DNA of 64,000 nt, taken from assembly GCA_002269645.1 (NCBI GenBank), contig NIVC01000418.1:1-64000 (forward strand). Reading direction: 5' to 3'. Shown piece after piece: positions 51,901 through 64,000 of the stretch. Position numbers and translations under genes: made by a program. The notes under the pieces are model-generated. The model made no database searches. It saw nothing but the letters and a program-made list of their open reading frames with translations, and was not told the DNA's origin. Numbering within the stretch: the stretch's first letter is position 1; each line of letters starts with the position of its first letter. Source of the DNA: Macrostomum lignano. Lineage: Eukaryota.

Positions 51901-52306
51901 GACGTACATCAAAAACAATTCAACAACGAAAACATCTACCTAAAATAACAATAAAACAATAAAAATCACAGAAAACAACAACAAAAAAATGCACTGTTAA
52001 TGGGTAAAAAAATAACTGCAGCGTCTTCTGCAGCGTCAGGATATCACCAGGCCTTCTCTGTGTCAGCTGAAGTCGCCGACGGCAAAACAGGTCGCTGGCG
52101 CGTCGATAAGCTTGAGACATCATTCAGGACGCAGCTCATCAGATCATACGCAGATACACGCTCACATAGGCTGTAGAGAAGGATTGGGAATTTCTCATTG
52201 TCAGGCTTGGTACATACGGCTTTTCCTGGGGGGGGGGGGGGCGGGTTGGCTCCAATGTGCCGAACCTGACTCGAACCTGGGTACTCCCCCTTTTACAACC
52301 CGTCAG

Positions 52307-55300
52307 GTATTTTTCCTGGACCGTCTTCACGTGCTCAGTCAGCCTGGCGGCAACGCGAAGTTACCGCACCAACTGGAACGGTGCGTGCCCTTCCTGGACC
52401 TGCGCCGGATCCGTGTACCCGAAACGAACGCCTGCCGCATAGAATTCGGCGTGGCCTCTCCCGACGGCAGCGTCGGCGACGGGCTGCAGTTTTCCTGCAG
52501 CCTGGAGAATGACTGCGCCAAGATTGTCGCCCACGTTACGGCCTGCCTGCGAATGCACCTGCCCCAGGTGGGCAGTCGCCTAGTGGAAGTCAGCCTGCCC
52601 AACAGGTGGATGCTGGAGGTGCTCATCGCCGAGCTGGGTACCTCCTTAGTCCAATCACAGGCCATATCGGACAAGTGCGGCCACTTCGCTTCGGCCTACG
52701 ATCTGTACTCGAGCTACCTGGGCGTGACGGCACAACCCGAGATCAAATGGGACGTGGACACGATCTATTTTTCGCAGGGCACGCACACCTTTTGCCTGAG
52801 AGATTTCGCGGATTCCAAGCAGGAAGAATTCTCTGCAGTGCTTGGCGCGCTGGCGTTTAACGACTATTTTAATGGTCTGGATTGCTCGGGAGTTCGACTG
52901 AGCGACAGCTTCGTAAGTGTCATCTGGAAATGGCCTGTCTTCTCTGGCGGGGGGCGTGCGTGCGTTTCACAAGCTCAAAATGCGATTGCTGAATCATGGT
53001 TTGTTATCGAATTGCCCGCCGAGATTTTCCTGCCGAACTTTTCCCGCAATGCTTTTTTTCCTGCAGCAGTTTTAGCCCAAGGACGGGACGGGAAAATACG
53101 TTTCTTAAAAAAAGTTAAGGAGGCTGGTTTTCGCCGAAAAGTACACTACGGAGATCGGAAGTTTTCATTTTTCAGCACAAAATTGTTATTGCTTTCGATA
53201 GGAGGCAGACCCAATGTTCATCTTTTGATATATTGTGCCTTTCTTATAGCTCTATTGATATGTATTAAGCTTTTGGATTCGTAACAGATTCATAAAACCA
53301 AAGAGTCGAGCTGTGCCATGCATTTTTATGATTTTAAGGTACAGCAAATTGTACATGTACGTAGAATAAAAAGTTAGCATCGAATCCTAATTTTCTGAAC
53401 GAAAAACTTTATGAATATCAATAGAGCTATAAGAAAGGCACAAAATATCAAAAAATGAACATTGGATTTGCCTCCTATCGAAAGCAATAACAATAACAAG
53501 AAAACCAGCCTCTCTTAACTTTTTCTAAGAGACGTAGTTTCCCGTCCTTTCAGTTGAGTAGTCTGCGTTGCCTCCCAATGCTTAGTAAGTCTTAATAAAG
53601 AGATTTAGGGCACAAAAAGCGACCGGCGTATGCATGAATTAGTAGCTCACAGACGTACCCCTGTATGTATATAGAAATGAAAAACTACGAGAAAAATACG
53701 CATTTGATATGCAGTTACTATCGGAACTTTTTGATCGAGTTAAATCTCTTCATTAAGAGTTACGTTATTAGAAACACACAATCTCAGTGTGTCAACAGTT
53801 ATCTATCCTTCAGAAAAGCGATTGCCTACCATCCAAGCTAGTCATTAATATCACTAGTTTAATACGCTACTACCACAACGGTTTGCCTTCGCAGTTCATA
53901 AAGAGCGTCGGGTTTCTGCTCACTTACAACGTCACTCTAAACCAGCTGCTTCTCTCTGGGTGCAATTTGAAAAAGTAAGAACCATGAACGTTGATTAAGC
54001 ACCAAAGTTAGACTTTAATACACATTTTATAATATTAATATGTGCTTGAACTATTTTAGCGACTTTCTCCGAGCATTTGCTAGTGCAGTAGAGAAGAATT
54101 CAGGACTCAAACTCACGGATTTGGACTTATCGGACAATAAATTTGATGGAGACGATAAAGGTACGTTGTTAACCTTGATTCATCAAAAGGATGCAGAATT
54201 TAATTAGAAGTGCTAAGCTTCTTACCGATGTGTCTAGAGTTCTCGATTGCTGAATCATGGTTTCTAATCGGTGAGCTAGAGTTCTCGATTGCTGAATCAT
54301 GGTTTGTTATCGGTGAGCTAGAGTTCTCGATTGCTGAATCATGGTTTCTAACCAGTGAGCTAGAGTTCTCGATTGCTGAATCATGGTTTGTTATCAGTGA
54401 GCTAGAGTTCTCGATTGCTGAATCATGGTTTGTTATCAGTGAGCTAGAGTTCTCGATTGCTGAATCATGGTTTGTTATCAGTGAGCTAGAGTTCTTGATT
54501 GCTGAATCATGGTTTGTTATCGGTGAGCTAGAGTTCTCGATTGCTGAATCATGGTTTGTTATCCGTGAGCTAGAGTTCTCGATTGCTGAATCATGGTTTC
54601 TAATCAGTGAGCTAGAGTTCTCGATTGCTGAATCTTGGTTTCTAATCAGTGAGCTAGAGTTCTTGATTGCTGAATCATGGTTTGTTATCAGTGAGCTAGA
54701 GTTCTCGATTGCTGAATCATGGTTTCTAATCAGTGAGCTAGAGTTCTCGATTGCTGAATCATGGTTTCTAATCAGTGAGCTAGAGTTCTTGATTGCTGAA
54801 TCATGGTTTGTTATCAGTGAGCTAGAGTTCTTGATTGCTGAATCATGGTTTGTTATCAGTGAGCTAGAGTTCTCGATTGCTGAATCATGGTTTGTTATCG
54901 GTGAGCTAGAGTTCTCGATTGCTGAATCATGGTTTGTTATCCGTGAGCTAGAGTTCTCGATTGCTGAATCATGGTTTGTTATCCGTGAGCTAGAGTTCTC
55001 GATTGCTGAATCATGGTTTCTAATCAGTGAGCTAGAGTTCTCGATTGCTGAATCATGGTTTGTTATCAGTGAGCTAGAGTTCTTGATTGCTGAATCATGG
55101 TTTGTTATCAGTGAGCTAGAGTTCTTGATTGCTGAATCATGGTTTGTTATCGGTGAGCTAGAGTTCTCGATTGCTGAATCATGGTTTGTTATCCGTGAGC
55201 TAGAGTTCTCGATTGCTGAATCATGGTTTGTTATCAGTGAGCTAGAGTTCTCGATTGCTGAATCTTGGTTTCTAATCAGTGAGCTAGAGTTCTTGATTGC

Positions 55301-58300
55301 TGAATCATGGTTTGTTATCAGTGAGCTAGAGTTCTTGATTGCTGAATCATGGTTTGTTATCGGTGAGCTAGAGTTCTTGATTGCTGAATCATGGTTTCTA
55401 TTCAGTGAGCTAGAGTTCTCGATTGCTGAATCATGGTTTCTAATCAGTGAGCTAGAGTTCTCGATTGCTGAATCATGGTTTCTAATCAGTGAGCTAGAGT
55501 TCTCGATTGCTGAATCATGGTTTCTAATCAGTGAGCTAGAGTTCTTGATTGCTGAATCATGGTTTCTAATCAGTGAGCAAGAGTTCTTAATTGCTGAATC
55601 ATGGTTTGTTATCAGTGAGCAAGAGTTCTCGATTGCTAAATCATGGTTTCTAATCGGTGAGCTAGAGCTCTCTATTGCTGAATCATGGTTTCTAATTGTT
55701 AAATTTTGGCATCGCACGGTTGTTGCAGGTGTGCCAGAAAACCTGGCCCAGATTCTGGCTCACCAGTCGTCCACCCTGGAGAAGCTGAATCTAGCTCGAT
55801 GCGGCCTGCTCATGAAACGGTTGAACCGTTGCTTCGAGCTGCTGACTGACAGGTTAATTGGTTTTCAGTCGTTGCCTCTACGGCACCTGTGCATCGACGG
55901 CTGCGGCGGCTTGGGCGGCAGTGGCATGGGCGGCGGCGTTGTAAGTTTACGATTGACATTAGACTTAGCTGGATGACATTAGACTCAGCTGGGTGACATT
56001 AGACTCAGCTGGGTGACATTAGACTCAGCTGGGTGACATTAGACTCAGCTGGGTGACATTAGACTCAGCTGGGTGACATTAGACTCAACTGGGTGACATT
56101 AGATTCAGCTGGTTGATATTAGACTCAGCTGGGTGACATTAGACTCAGCTGGTTGACATTAGACTCAGCTGGGTGACATTAGACTCAGCTGGGTGACATT
56201 AGACTCAGCTGGATGATAAGGCAGGAGTTGTACGAAAAATCGTTTTTACGTAAACTCCGAATGTTTTCTTAATATAAATAGGATTAATTAAAAGTTGGTT
56301 CCTTTCCCATAAACAATATGTTCAAACCTTTTCAAATTCAGCGACTTGGCATCATTGGTAAGCCGTGCTTTAAAGTACTTAAGCTTCCTATTATTATAAG
56401 TATTCAATTCCCCATTTTTTCCCTTGCCCTTCAATTTATGTAGCTTTTTAGTCCTATACTTATGTGCACATTGCTTTTAGTTTTTAGTTGTTTGTTGTTT
56501 AGACAACCTTGCTCTGTCCTGATTTTTTATTGATTTTTCTTGTTTTTATCGACTTTTTTAAATAAACACTTCTTTACTCTGGATTTTTTTATTTCCACAC
56601 CTGCAGGGACTTGAGAACTACTTGTCTAGACTTGGCAGCCTCGAGCACCTGAGCTGCGTTGACTGCGGACTAGTTGTAGAACCCGTGAGTAATTCTGTTT
56701 CAATATTTTAGCTCCAAGTTTGAGCACTTATTTGAGCACTGAACTATTCGAGAATTATAAGTGTAACTAAGATTGTAAAAGTGGCTGATCCATTTGTCAC
56801 TTCAGTCAGTCAGGTGAGAGTGGCTGATCCATTTGTCACTTCAGTCAGTCAGGTGAGAATGGCTGATCCATTTGCCACTTCAGTCAGTCAGGTGAGAATG
56901 GCTGAATCCATTTGCCACTTCAGTCAGTCAGGTGAGAGTGGCTGATCCATTTGTCACTTCAGTCAGGTGAGAATGGCTGATCCATTTGCCACTTCAGTCA
57001 GGTGAGAATGGCTGATCCATTTGTCACTTCAGTCAGTCAGGTGAGAATGGCTGATCCATTTGCCACTTCAGTCAGGTGAGAGTGGCTGATCCATTTGTCA
57101 CTTCAGTCAGTCAGGTGAGAGTGGCTGATCCATTTGCCACTTCAGTCAGGTGAGAGTGGCTGATCCATTTGCCACTTCAGTCAGTCAGGTGAGAGTGGCT
57201 GATCCATTTGTCACTTCAGTCAGTCAGGTGAGAGTGGCTGATCCATTTGCCACTTCAGTCAGTCAGGTGAGAGTGGCTGATCCATTTGCCACTTCAGTCA
57301 GTCAGGTGAGAGTGGCTGATCCATTTGCCACTTCAGTCAGTCAGGTGAGAGTGGCTGATCCATTTGCCACTTCAGTCAGTCAGGTGAGAATGGCTGATCC
57401 ATTTGCCACTTCAGTCAGGTGAGAATGGCTGATCCATTTGCCACTTCAGTCAGTCAGGTGAGAGTGGCTGATCCATTTGTCACTTCAGTCAGTCAGGTGA
57501 GAGTGGCTGATCCATTTGCCACTTCAGTCAGGTGAGAGTGGCTGATCCATTTGCCACTTCAGTCAGTCAGGTGAGAGTGGCTGATCCATTTGCCACTTCA
57601 GTCAGTCAGGTGAGAGTGGCTGATCCATTTGCCACTTCAGTCAGGTGAGAATGGCTGATCCATTTGCCACTTCAGTCAGTCAGGTGAGAGTGGCTGATCC
57701 ATTTGCCACTTCAGTCAGGTGAGAGTGGCTGATCCATTTGCCACTTCAGTCAGTCAGATGAGAATGGCTGATCCATTTGCCACTTCAGTCAGGTGAGAGT
57801 GGCTGATCCATTTGTCACTTCAGTCAGTCAGGTGAGAGTGGCTGATCCATTTGCCACTTCAGTCAGTAAGATAAGAATGGCTGATCCATTTGCCACTTCA
57901 GTCAGGTGAGAGTGGCTGATCCATTTGTCACTTCAGTCAGTCAGGTGAGAGTGGCTGATCCATTTGCCACTTCAGTCAGGTGAGAATGGCTGATCCATTT
58001 GCCACTTCAGTCAGGTGAGAATGGCTGATCCATTTGCCACTTCAGTCAGTCAGGTGAGAGTGGCTGATCCATTTGCCACTTCAGTCAGTCAGGTGAGAAT
58101 GGCTGATCCATTTGTCACTTCAGTCAGTCAGGTGAGAGTGGCTGATCCATTTGTCACTTCAGTCAGGTGAGAGTGGCTGATCCATTTGCCACTTCAGTCA
58201 GTCAGGTGAGAGTGGCTGATCCATTTGCCACTTCAGTCAGTCAGGTGAGAGTGGCTGATCCATTTGCCACTTCAGTCAGTCAGGTGAGAGTGGCTGATCC

Positions 58301-59674
58301 ATTTGCCACTTCAGTCAGTCAGGTGAGAATGGCTGATCCATTTATCACTTCAGTCAGTCAGGTGAGAGTGGCTGATCCATTTGTCACTTCAGTCAGGTGA
58401 GAGTGGCTGATCCATTTGCCACTTCAGTCAGTCAGGTGAGAGTGGCTGATCCATTTGCCACTTCAGTCAGTCAGATGAGAGTGGCTGATCCATTTGCCAC
58501 TTCAGTCAGTCAGATGAGAGTGGCTGATCCATTTGCCACTTCAGTCAGTCAGGTGAGAGTGGCTGATCCATTTGCCACTTCAGTCAGTCAGATGAGAGTG
58601 GCTGATCCATTTGCCACTTCAGTCAGTCAGGTGAGAATGGCTGATCCATTTGCCACTTCAGTCAGTCAGGTGAGAGTGGCTGATCCATTTGCCACTTCAG
58701 TCAGGTGAGAATGGCTGATCTATTTGCCACTTCAGTCAGTCAGGTGAGAGTGGCTGATCCATTTGCCACTTCAGTCAGTCAGATGAGAATGGCTGATCCA
58801 TTTGCCACTTCAGTCAGGTGAGAGTGGCTGATCCATTTGCCACTTCAGTCAGGTGAGAGTGGCTGATCCATTTGTCACTTCAGTCAGGTGAGAATGGCTG
58901 ATCCATTTGCCACTTCAGTCAGGTGAGAATGGCTGATCCATTTGCCACTTCAGTCAGTCAGGTGAGAATGGCTGATCCATTTGCCACTTCAGTCAGTCAG
59001 GTGAGAATGGCTGATCCATTTGCCACTTCAGTCAGGTGAGAGTGGCTGATCCATTGGCCACTTCAGTCATTTTATTTCAGTTTCCAAGAATTAGCCTTGA
59101 ACTTGGATGACCCCAACTGACCCCCGCAGCTGACCCCGGTTCTGCTCAAGCTGACCCATCGCCTGACCCACCTGGACCTGAGCCGCAATCAGTACTGTCC
59201 GACAGCTCAAGCCGGCCATGAGCACCCCGCGGGCTTGTTCAACAAGTTCGTTCGCAAGCCGAGCATCACCTCGAAAACAGCCGACGATGCGTCAAATGGC
59301 GCCGCGTCGACGGCAACGGCGGTCAATCGCTTGGACATCTGGGCGGAGCTCTTTGCCGAGTGCCGCAGCCTCCGTCTGGTCAGGCTGAACCGCTGCCGAC
59401 TGCCGGCCGCTGCGGCCGAGAGCCTCCTGGTTGGCCTGAGTCGCGGCGGCAGCGGCGGCGGCGACAGCGCGAAACCGGCTGAGCTCAGCGTTGAGCTGGC
59501 CGGGAACGACTTCGGCGTTTCGGGCGCGCAGATTCTCTGGAACTGCTTCAATAATTACCAGATGCCCCAGCTGGAGTCACTGGACCTGAGCGATAACGGT
59601 TAGGGAGGCTTGTTAGATAGTTAGTTACATAGTTACTTAGTTAGTTTGTTACGCTCGTAGTTAGTTAGTTAGTC

Positions 59675-59756
<82 letters not shown>

Positions 59757-59772
59757 CTAGTTAGTTAGTTAG

Positions 59773-59813
<41 letters not shown>

Positions 59814-59814
59814 C

Positions 59815-59845
<31 letters not shown>

Positions 59846-59846
59846 C

Positions 59847-59891
<45 letters not shown>

Positions 59892-59926
59892 ATTAGTTAG
59901 TTAGTTAGTTAGTCAGTTAGTTAGTC

Positions 59927-59961
<35 letters not shown>

Positions 59962-62900
59962 CAGTTAGTTAGTTAGTAAGTAAGTAAGTTAGTTAGCTAG
60001 TAAGTAAGTAAGTTAGCTAGTTAGTTAGTTAGCTAGTTAGTTAGTTAGTTAATAAGTTAGTCAGTTAGTTAGTTCGTTAGTCAGTCAGTCAGCGATCGCC
60101 CATTTACAATGCGTTCACCTTTGACCCAACCCAGACTTCGGTGCGGGCACGAACCCGTTGGTTGATTCCATTCGCAAGTCCTCTGTTCGGCACCTCTCCA
60201 TTGGAGGCAATAATTTTCGAGGCTTTGCGAAAAAGTAATTGCTTAATTTATTACCTACTGTGGTTAGCAACAGGTTTTATTGTTTACCCCTGCTCTCAAC
60301 CCAAGCTTTGCCATAAACCAATTTTCAGGGATCAGTCTATGATACAGGAGTTCTCAGAGCTGGTTACCGAGGACAAATGCGTGAGCGAATCTTGCTGCTT
60401 TGGTGTTTATTAATGGCTTGGGAAAAATTAACAAAAGAAGGAGGTTAATTTTTTATAAAAAGAGTAAAAATGGGCAAGAAAGAGAATGGCAGTGATCAGA
60501 AATGAGAAGTAAAATTGATGAAAATGAAGAGCCTTTTATTAAAGCTTAAAGATGAGACATGACAGGGGTAGATGAGACATGACAGGAGTAGATGAGACAT
60601 GACAGGAGTAGATAAGACATGAAAGGAGTAGACGAGACATGACAGGAGTAGATGAGACATGACAGGAGTAGATGAGACATGACAGGAGTAGATGAGACAT
60701 GACACAGGTAGCTGAGACATGACACAGGTAGATGAGACATGACAGGAGTAGATGAGACATGACAGGAGTAGATGAGACATGACACAGGTAGATGAGACAT
60801 GACACAGGTAGATGAGACATGACACAGGTAGATGAGACATGACACAGGTAGATGAGACATGACACAGGTAGATGAGACATGACACAGGTAGATGAGACAT
60901 GACACAGGTAGATGAGACATGACACAGGTAGATGAGACATGACACAGGTAGATGAGACATGACACAGGTAGATGAGACATGACACAGGTAGATGAGACAT
61001 GACACAGGTAGATGAGACATGACAGGAGTAGATGAGACATGACACAGGTAGCTGAGACATAACACAGGTAGATGAGACATGACACAGGTAGATGAGACAT
61101 GACACAGGTAGATGAGACATGACACAGGGGATTTACAGAAAGGAGACACTCGCAAGTAGAGCCCCCTTTGACCCCACCTCAGAGGTTGACCTCTTTGTCA
61201 ATCAGAGGCGCCAAGCTGGAGCGCAACCTGTGTGTGCTGCTGAACGCGCTGGGCGAGTGCAACAACCTCACCCGCCTGGACATCTCCGACAATGGCGCCG
61301 GCGAATTAAGCGCCAAAGTTCTCGCCAAGGCGCTGTTCGTCAACAGCAGCCTGGTTGTGCTGCAACTGGACGGCAACAGAATCGGCGCCAAAGGACTTCG
61401 AGACATCGCCGAGTCGTTGCGATTCAACCAGACTCTGCTGCGACTCCCGGTGCCAGTGGCTGATGTTGCCGCTTCTGCTGGAGGCAGTCAGCAGCAGCAG
61501 CAGCTGGTGCAGGAGGCTCTGGACCTGCTGCAGGAAGGCCTGGTTCGTAACAATCAGAAAGTCGGTCGGCAGGTAAACTCTTTGCGGACACGTGCGTGGG
61601 GTGTTCGGGCTTCGTGAAGAGGGACATGAGTCGAAAATGAGTTATGAGTTATGAGCACATTCGAACTCAATTGGGATAATGAGGATTATCGCCGAACTCA
61701 ATTGGGATAATGTGGATTATCGCCGAACTCAATCGGGATGATGAGGATTATCGCCGAACTCAATCGGGATAATGTGGATTATCGCCGAACTCAATTGGGA
61801 TGATGAGGATTATTGCCGAACTCAATTGGGATAATGAGGATTATCGCCGAACTCAATCGGGATAATGGGGATTATCGCCGAACTCAATCGGGATAATGTG
61901 GATTATCGCCGAACTCCATTGGGATAATGAGGAACTTCCAGTCTTAAAATCGAATCCCGCACCCACCGCCCAGGTCACGGCCAAGGACTACCGCCTGCAC
62001 GCCGAGCTCAGCAACTACCAGTTCACCGCCGACAACCAGATTGCGTCAGCCTCGGTCAGCCTCGCCGCCGTCGCCAGCGTCGCTGCCGCGCCGGAAACCG
62101 GCAGGGCGGAAATCGACGAGCACGCAGAGCGCTGCCGGCGGGCAATAAAGGACGCTGAGTCAGCGAAGCGGCTCCTCATCCGGCTGCAGGTCGATGCCGA
62201 TGCTCCTGGAGGAGGCAGCAGCGGCGGTGGCAGCAGCAGCGGCAACGGCGGTGACTTTGCAATAAGCCGCTGCCTGACTGCCGACCTGCCGGCGCCGTCG
62301 CACGCGGCTCTGTCCGCCGACCTGGACGCCGCCCAGCTTGAGATGCTGCGCCTGGCCGCTGCCGCCTGCCCGACCAGCTTCGCCGAGGACTCCGGCTTGG
62401 CCGACTCGCTGAAGGCCCAGCTGCACGGCGAGAACTCCCGCTGCCGCATCGGCCTGGCCCGCGTGGCCGAGGCGCTGAGCCGGTCTGCGGGACCCGCACT
62501 GGCCGCTGAGCTGTCGTGAGTTATGAGAGCAACTGCTCTGGCGCTCTTTTTGTCACACTCGGTGTCACTCCATTTGTCACACTCGGTGTCACTCCATTTG
62601 TCACACTCGGTGTCACTCCCTTTGTCACACTCGGTGTCACTCCCTTTATCACACTCGGTGTCGCTCCCTTTGTCACACTCGGTGTCACTCCATTTGTCAC
62701 ACTCGGTGCCACTCCCTTTGTCACACTCGGTGTCACTCCCTTTGTCACACTCGGTGTCGCTCCCTTTGTCACACTCGTTGTCACTCCCTTTGTCACACTC
62801 GGTGTCACTCTCTTTGTCACACTCGGTGTCACTCTATTTGTCACACTCGGTGTCACTCTCTTTGTCACAATCAGTGTCACTTCCTTTGTCACACTCGGTG

Positions 62901-64000
62901 TCGCTCCCTTTGTCACACTCGGTGTCACTCCCTTTGTCACACTTGGTGTCACTCTTTTGACACACTCGGTGTCACTCTCTTTGTGACGTCACTCGGTGTC
63001 ACTCTATTTGTCACTCGGTGTCACTCCCTTTGTCACACTCGGTGTCACTCCCTATTGTTACTCACTTTATCACACTCGGTGTCACTCCCTATTGTTACTT
63101 ACTTTGTCACACTCGGTGTCACTCCTTTTAATATACTCCGTGTCACTCTCTTTGTCACACTCTGTGTCACTCTTTGTCATAATCGGTGTATTTTCCACAA
63201 TGCTCAGTGCCCCAATGATATGTCTAAGTTGACTTCATTGCTAACTTATTTTCAGCGTTCTCAAGCTTAACAGCGCTCTGGTGATTACTACCCACCTGCA
63301 GGAAGTGGCCATTCGTAACTTGCACCAGTCGACGGACTCTTTGGTAAGCTGAAGACTTCTTGTCAGCTTCAAATACGGTAAAATGAGCTGATCTATTTAA
63401 TGTTCAAATAGTTGCGAATAAAATTTTACTGACTCTTTTCGGACACTCCAACTCGGACACCCATATAGGACAATTATCTCCGACACTCATCTCGGGCACT
63501 CACCTCGGACACTCTAACTCGGACACCCATATAGGACAATTATCTCCGACACTCATCTCGGGCACTCACCTCAGACACTCATCTCATACACTCACCTCGG
63601 ACACTCACCTCGGACACTTATCTCATGCACAGCATCTCGGACACTCACCTCGGACACTCATCTCATGCAATCATCTCGGACACTCATCTCATGCAATCAT
63701 CTCGGATACTCACCTCGGACACTTATCTCATGCACTGCATCTCGGACACTCACCTCGGACAATCACCTCGGACACTCAACTCGGACACTCATCTCATGCA
63801 CTGCATCTCGGACACTCATCTCGGACACTCACCTCGAACGCACCTCGGACACTCAAATGGAACACTAGTAGGTTCCTAAAAATTCCCCCCCCCTAAGACA
63901 AATCACGCCTTCCAATGCAGAACTCGCTGATCCGGAAGAAAGTATTCGTGCCAACCCTGCGCCGCAACATGGAGGCGTCCCATTCTGGCCACAACAGCCG
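52307..64000 (+). CDS. CARMIL: CARMIL / LRRC16 F-actin uncapping protein (PH + LRR); 5' end uncertain, runs off the window
   Basis: Exons 52307-52912, 53895-53974, 54060-54160, 55729-55940, 56607-56684, 59130-59598, 60135-60234, 60329-60380, 61183-61572, 61974-62515, 63256-63343, 63921->64000; the phases are mutually consistent. Signature [10 protein letters not shown] (CARMIL1 EVQWDVDTIY), [10 protein letters not shown], LRRs, [26 protein letters not shown]. Confidence 0.9.
53086..53547. mobile_element. Foldback/MITE with long imperfect inverted arms in a CARMIL intron
   Basis: Left GGACGGGAAAATACGTTTCTT...ATAGCTCTATTGAT matches the reverse complement of right ATCAATAGAGCTAT...CGTAGTTTCCCGTCC; a related fragment lies at ~42290-42545. 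Confidence 0.65.
54233..55700. repeat. 42-bp minisatellite (CARMIL intron)
   Basis: GAGCTAGAGTTCTCGATTGCTGAATCATGGTTTGTTATCAGT, about 35 units. Confidence 0.95.
55966..56216. repeat. 20-bp minisatellite (CARMIL intron)
   Basis: (GACATTAGACTCAGCTGGGT)n. Confidence 0.92.
56778..59070. repeat. 39/35-bp minisatellite (CARMIL intron)
   Basis: GTGGCTGATCCATTTGCCACTTCAGTC(AGTC)AGGTGAGA, about 60 units. Confidence 0.95.
59615..60090. repeat. (TTAG)n microsatellite (CARMIL intron)
   Basis: Direct reading. Confidence 0.95.
60552..61127. repeat. 20-bp minisatellite (CARMIL intron)
   Basis: (GATGAGACATGACACAGGTA)n. Confidence 0.93.
61663..61932. repeat. ~31-bp minisatellite (CARMIL intron)
   Basis: GCCGAACTCAATTGGGATAATGAGGATTATC, with an internal GATAAT/ATTATC inverted pair. 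Confidence 0.9.
62545..63180. repeat. 24-bp minisatellite (CARMIL intron)
   Basis: (TGTCACACTCGGTGTCACTCCCTT)n. Confidence 0.92.
63440..63860. repeat. Short-unit degenerate repeat (CARMIL intron)
   Basis: TCGGACACTCA(C/T)C and ATCTCATGCA units. Confidence 0.85.

Noticed and set aside
52020-52306. Candidate first CARMIL exon(s)
   Set aside because: Several frames are plausible with no clear ATG or donor, and a poly-G run may hide an indel; left undefined.
54200-55976. 505-aa and 588-aa ORFs on opposite strands
   Set aside because: They are translations of a 42-bp (multiple of 3) stop-free intronic minisatellite; only the last ~70 codons of the + ORF are a real CARMIL exon.

Overview
Eukaryotic (animal) genomic DNA with GC-rich exons and AT-rich intergenic DNA. 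Almost every larger intron carries its own tandem repeat; the style suggests a Macrostomum-like flatworm (inference, not verified). Host genes I could reconstruct with GT-AG junctions: an ATP11-class P4-ATPase flippase (-, ~3.6-18.5 kb), an inositol polyphosphate multikinase (IPMK, +, 24.4-26.5 kb), an unnamed multi-pass membrane protein (+, 47.3-48.6 kb) and CARMIL/LRRC16 (+, 52.3 kb to the window end). Mobile DNA: an apparently full-length APE-RT-RNase H non-LTR retrotransposon inserted in a 16-bp intronic minisatellite; an intron-containing Crypton-like tyrosine-recombinase element with a 160-bp palindrome upstream and repeated motifs downstream; a tRNA-derived SINE; several MITEs; and a mariner-like remnant. 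The least explained items are (i) a six-member cluster (28.5-39.7 kb) of two-exon genes for an unrecognised 75-90 aa protein and (ii) the recombinase-plus-palindrome element. Several single-base frameshifts, one in IPMK, look like assembly indels, so the elements may be intact. Repeat boundaries are approximate; exon boundaries were read by hand. No database searches were run.
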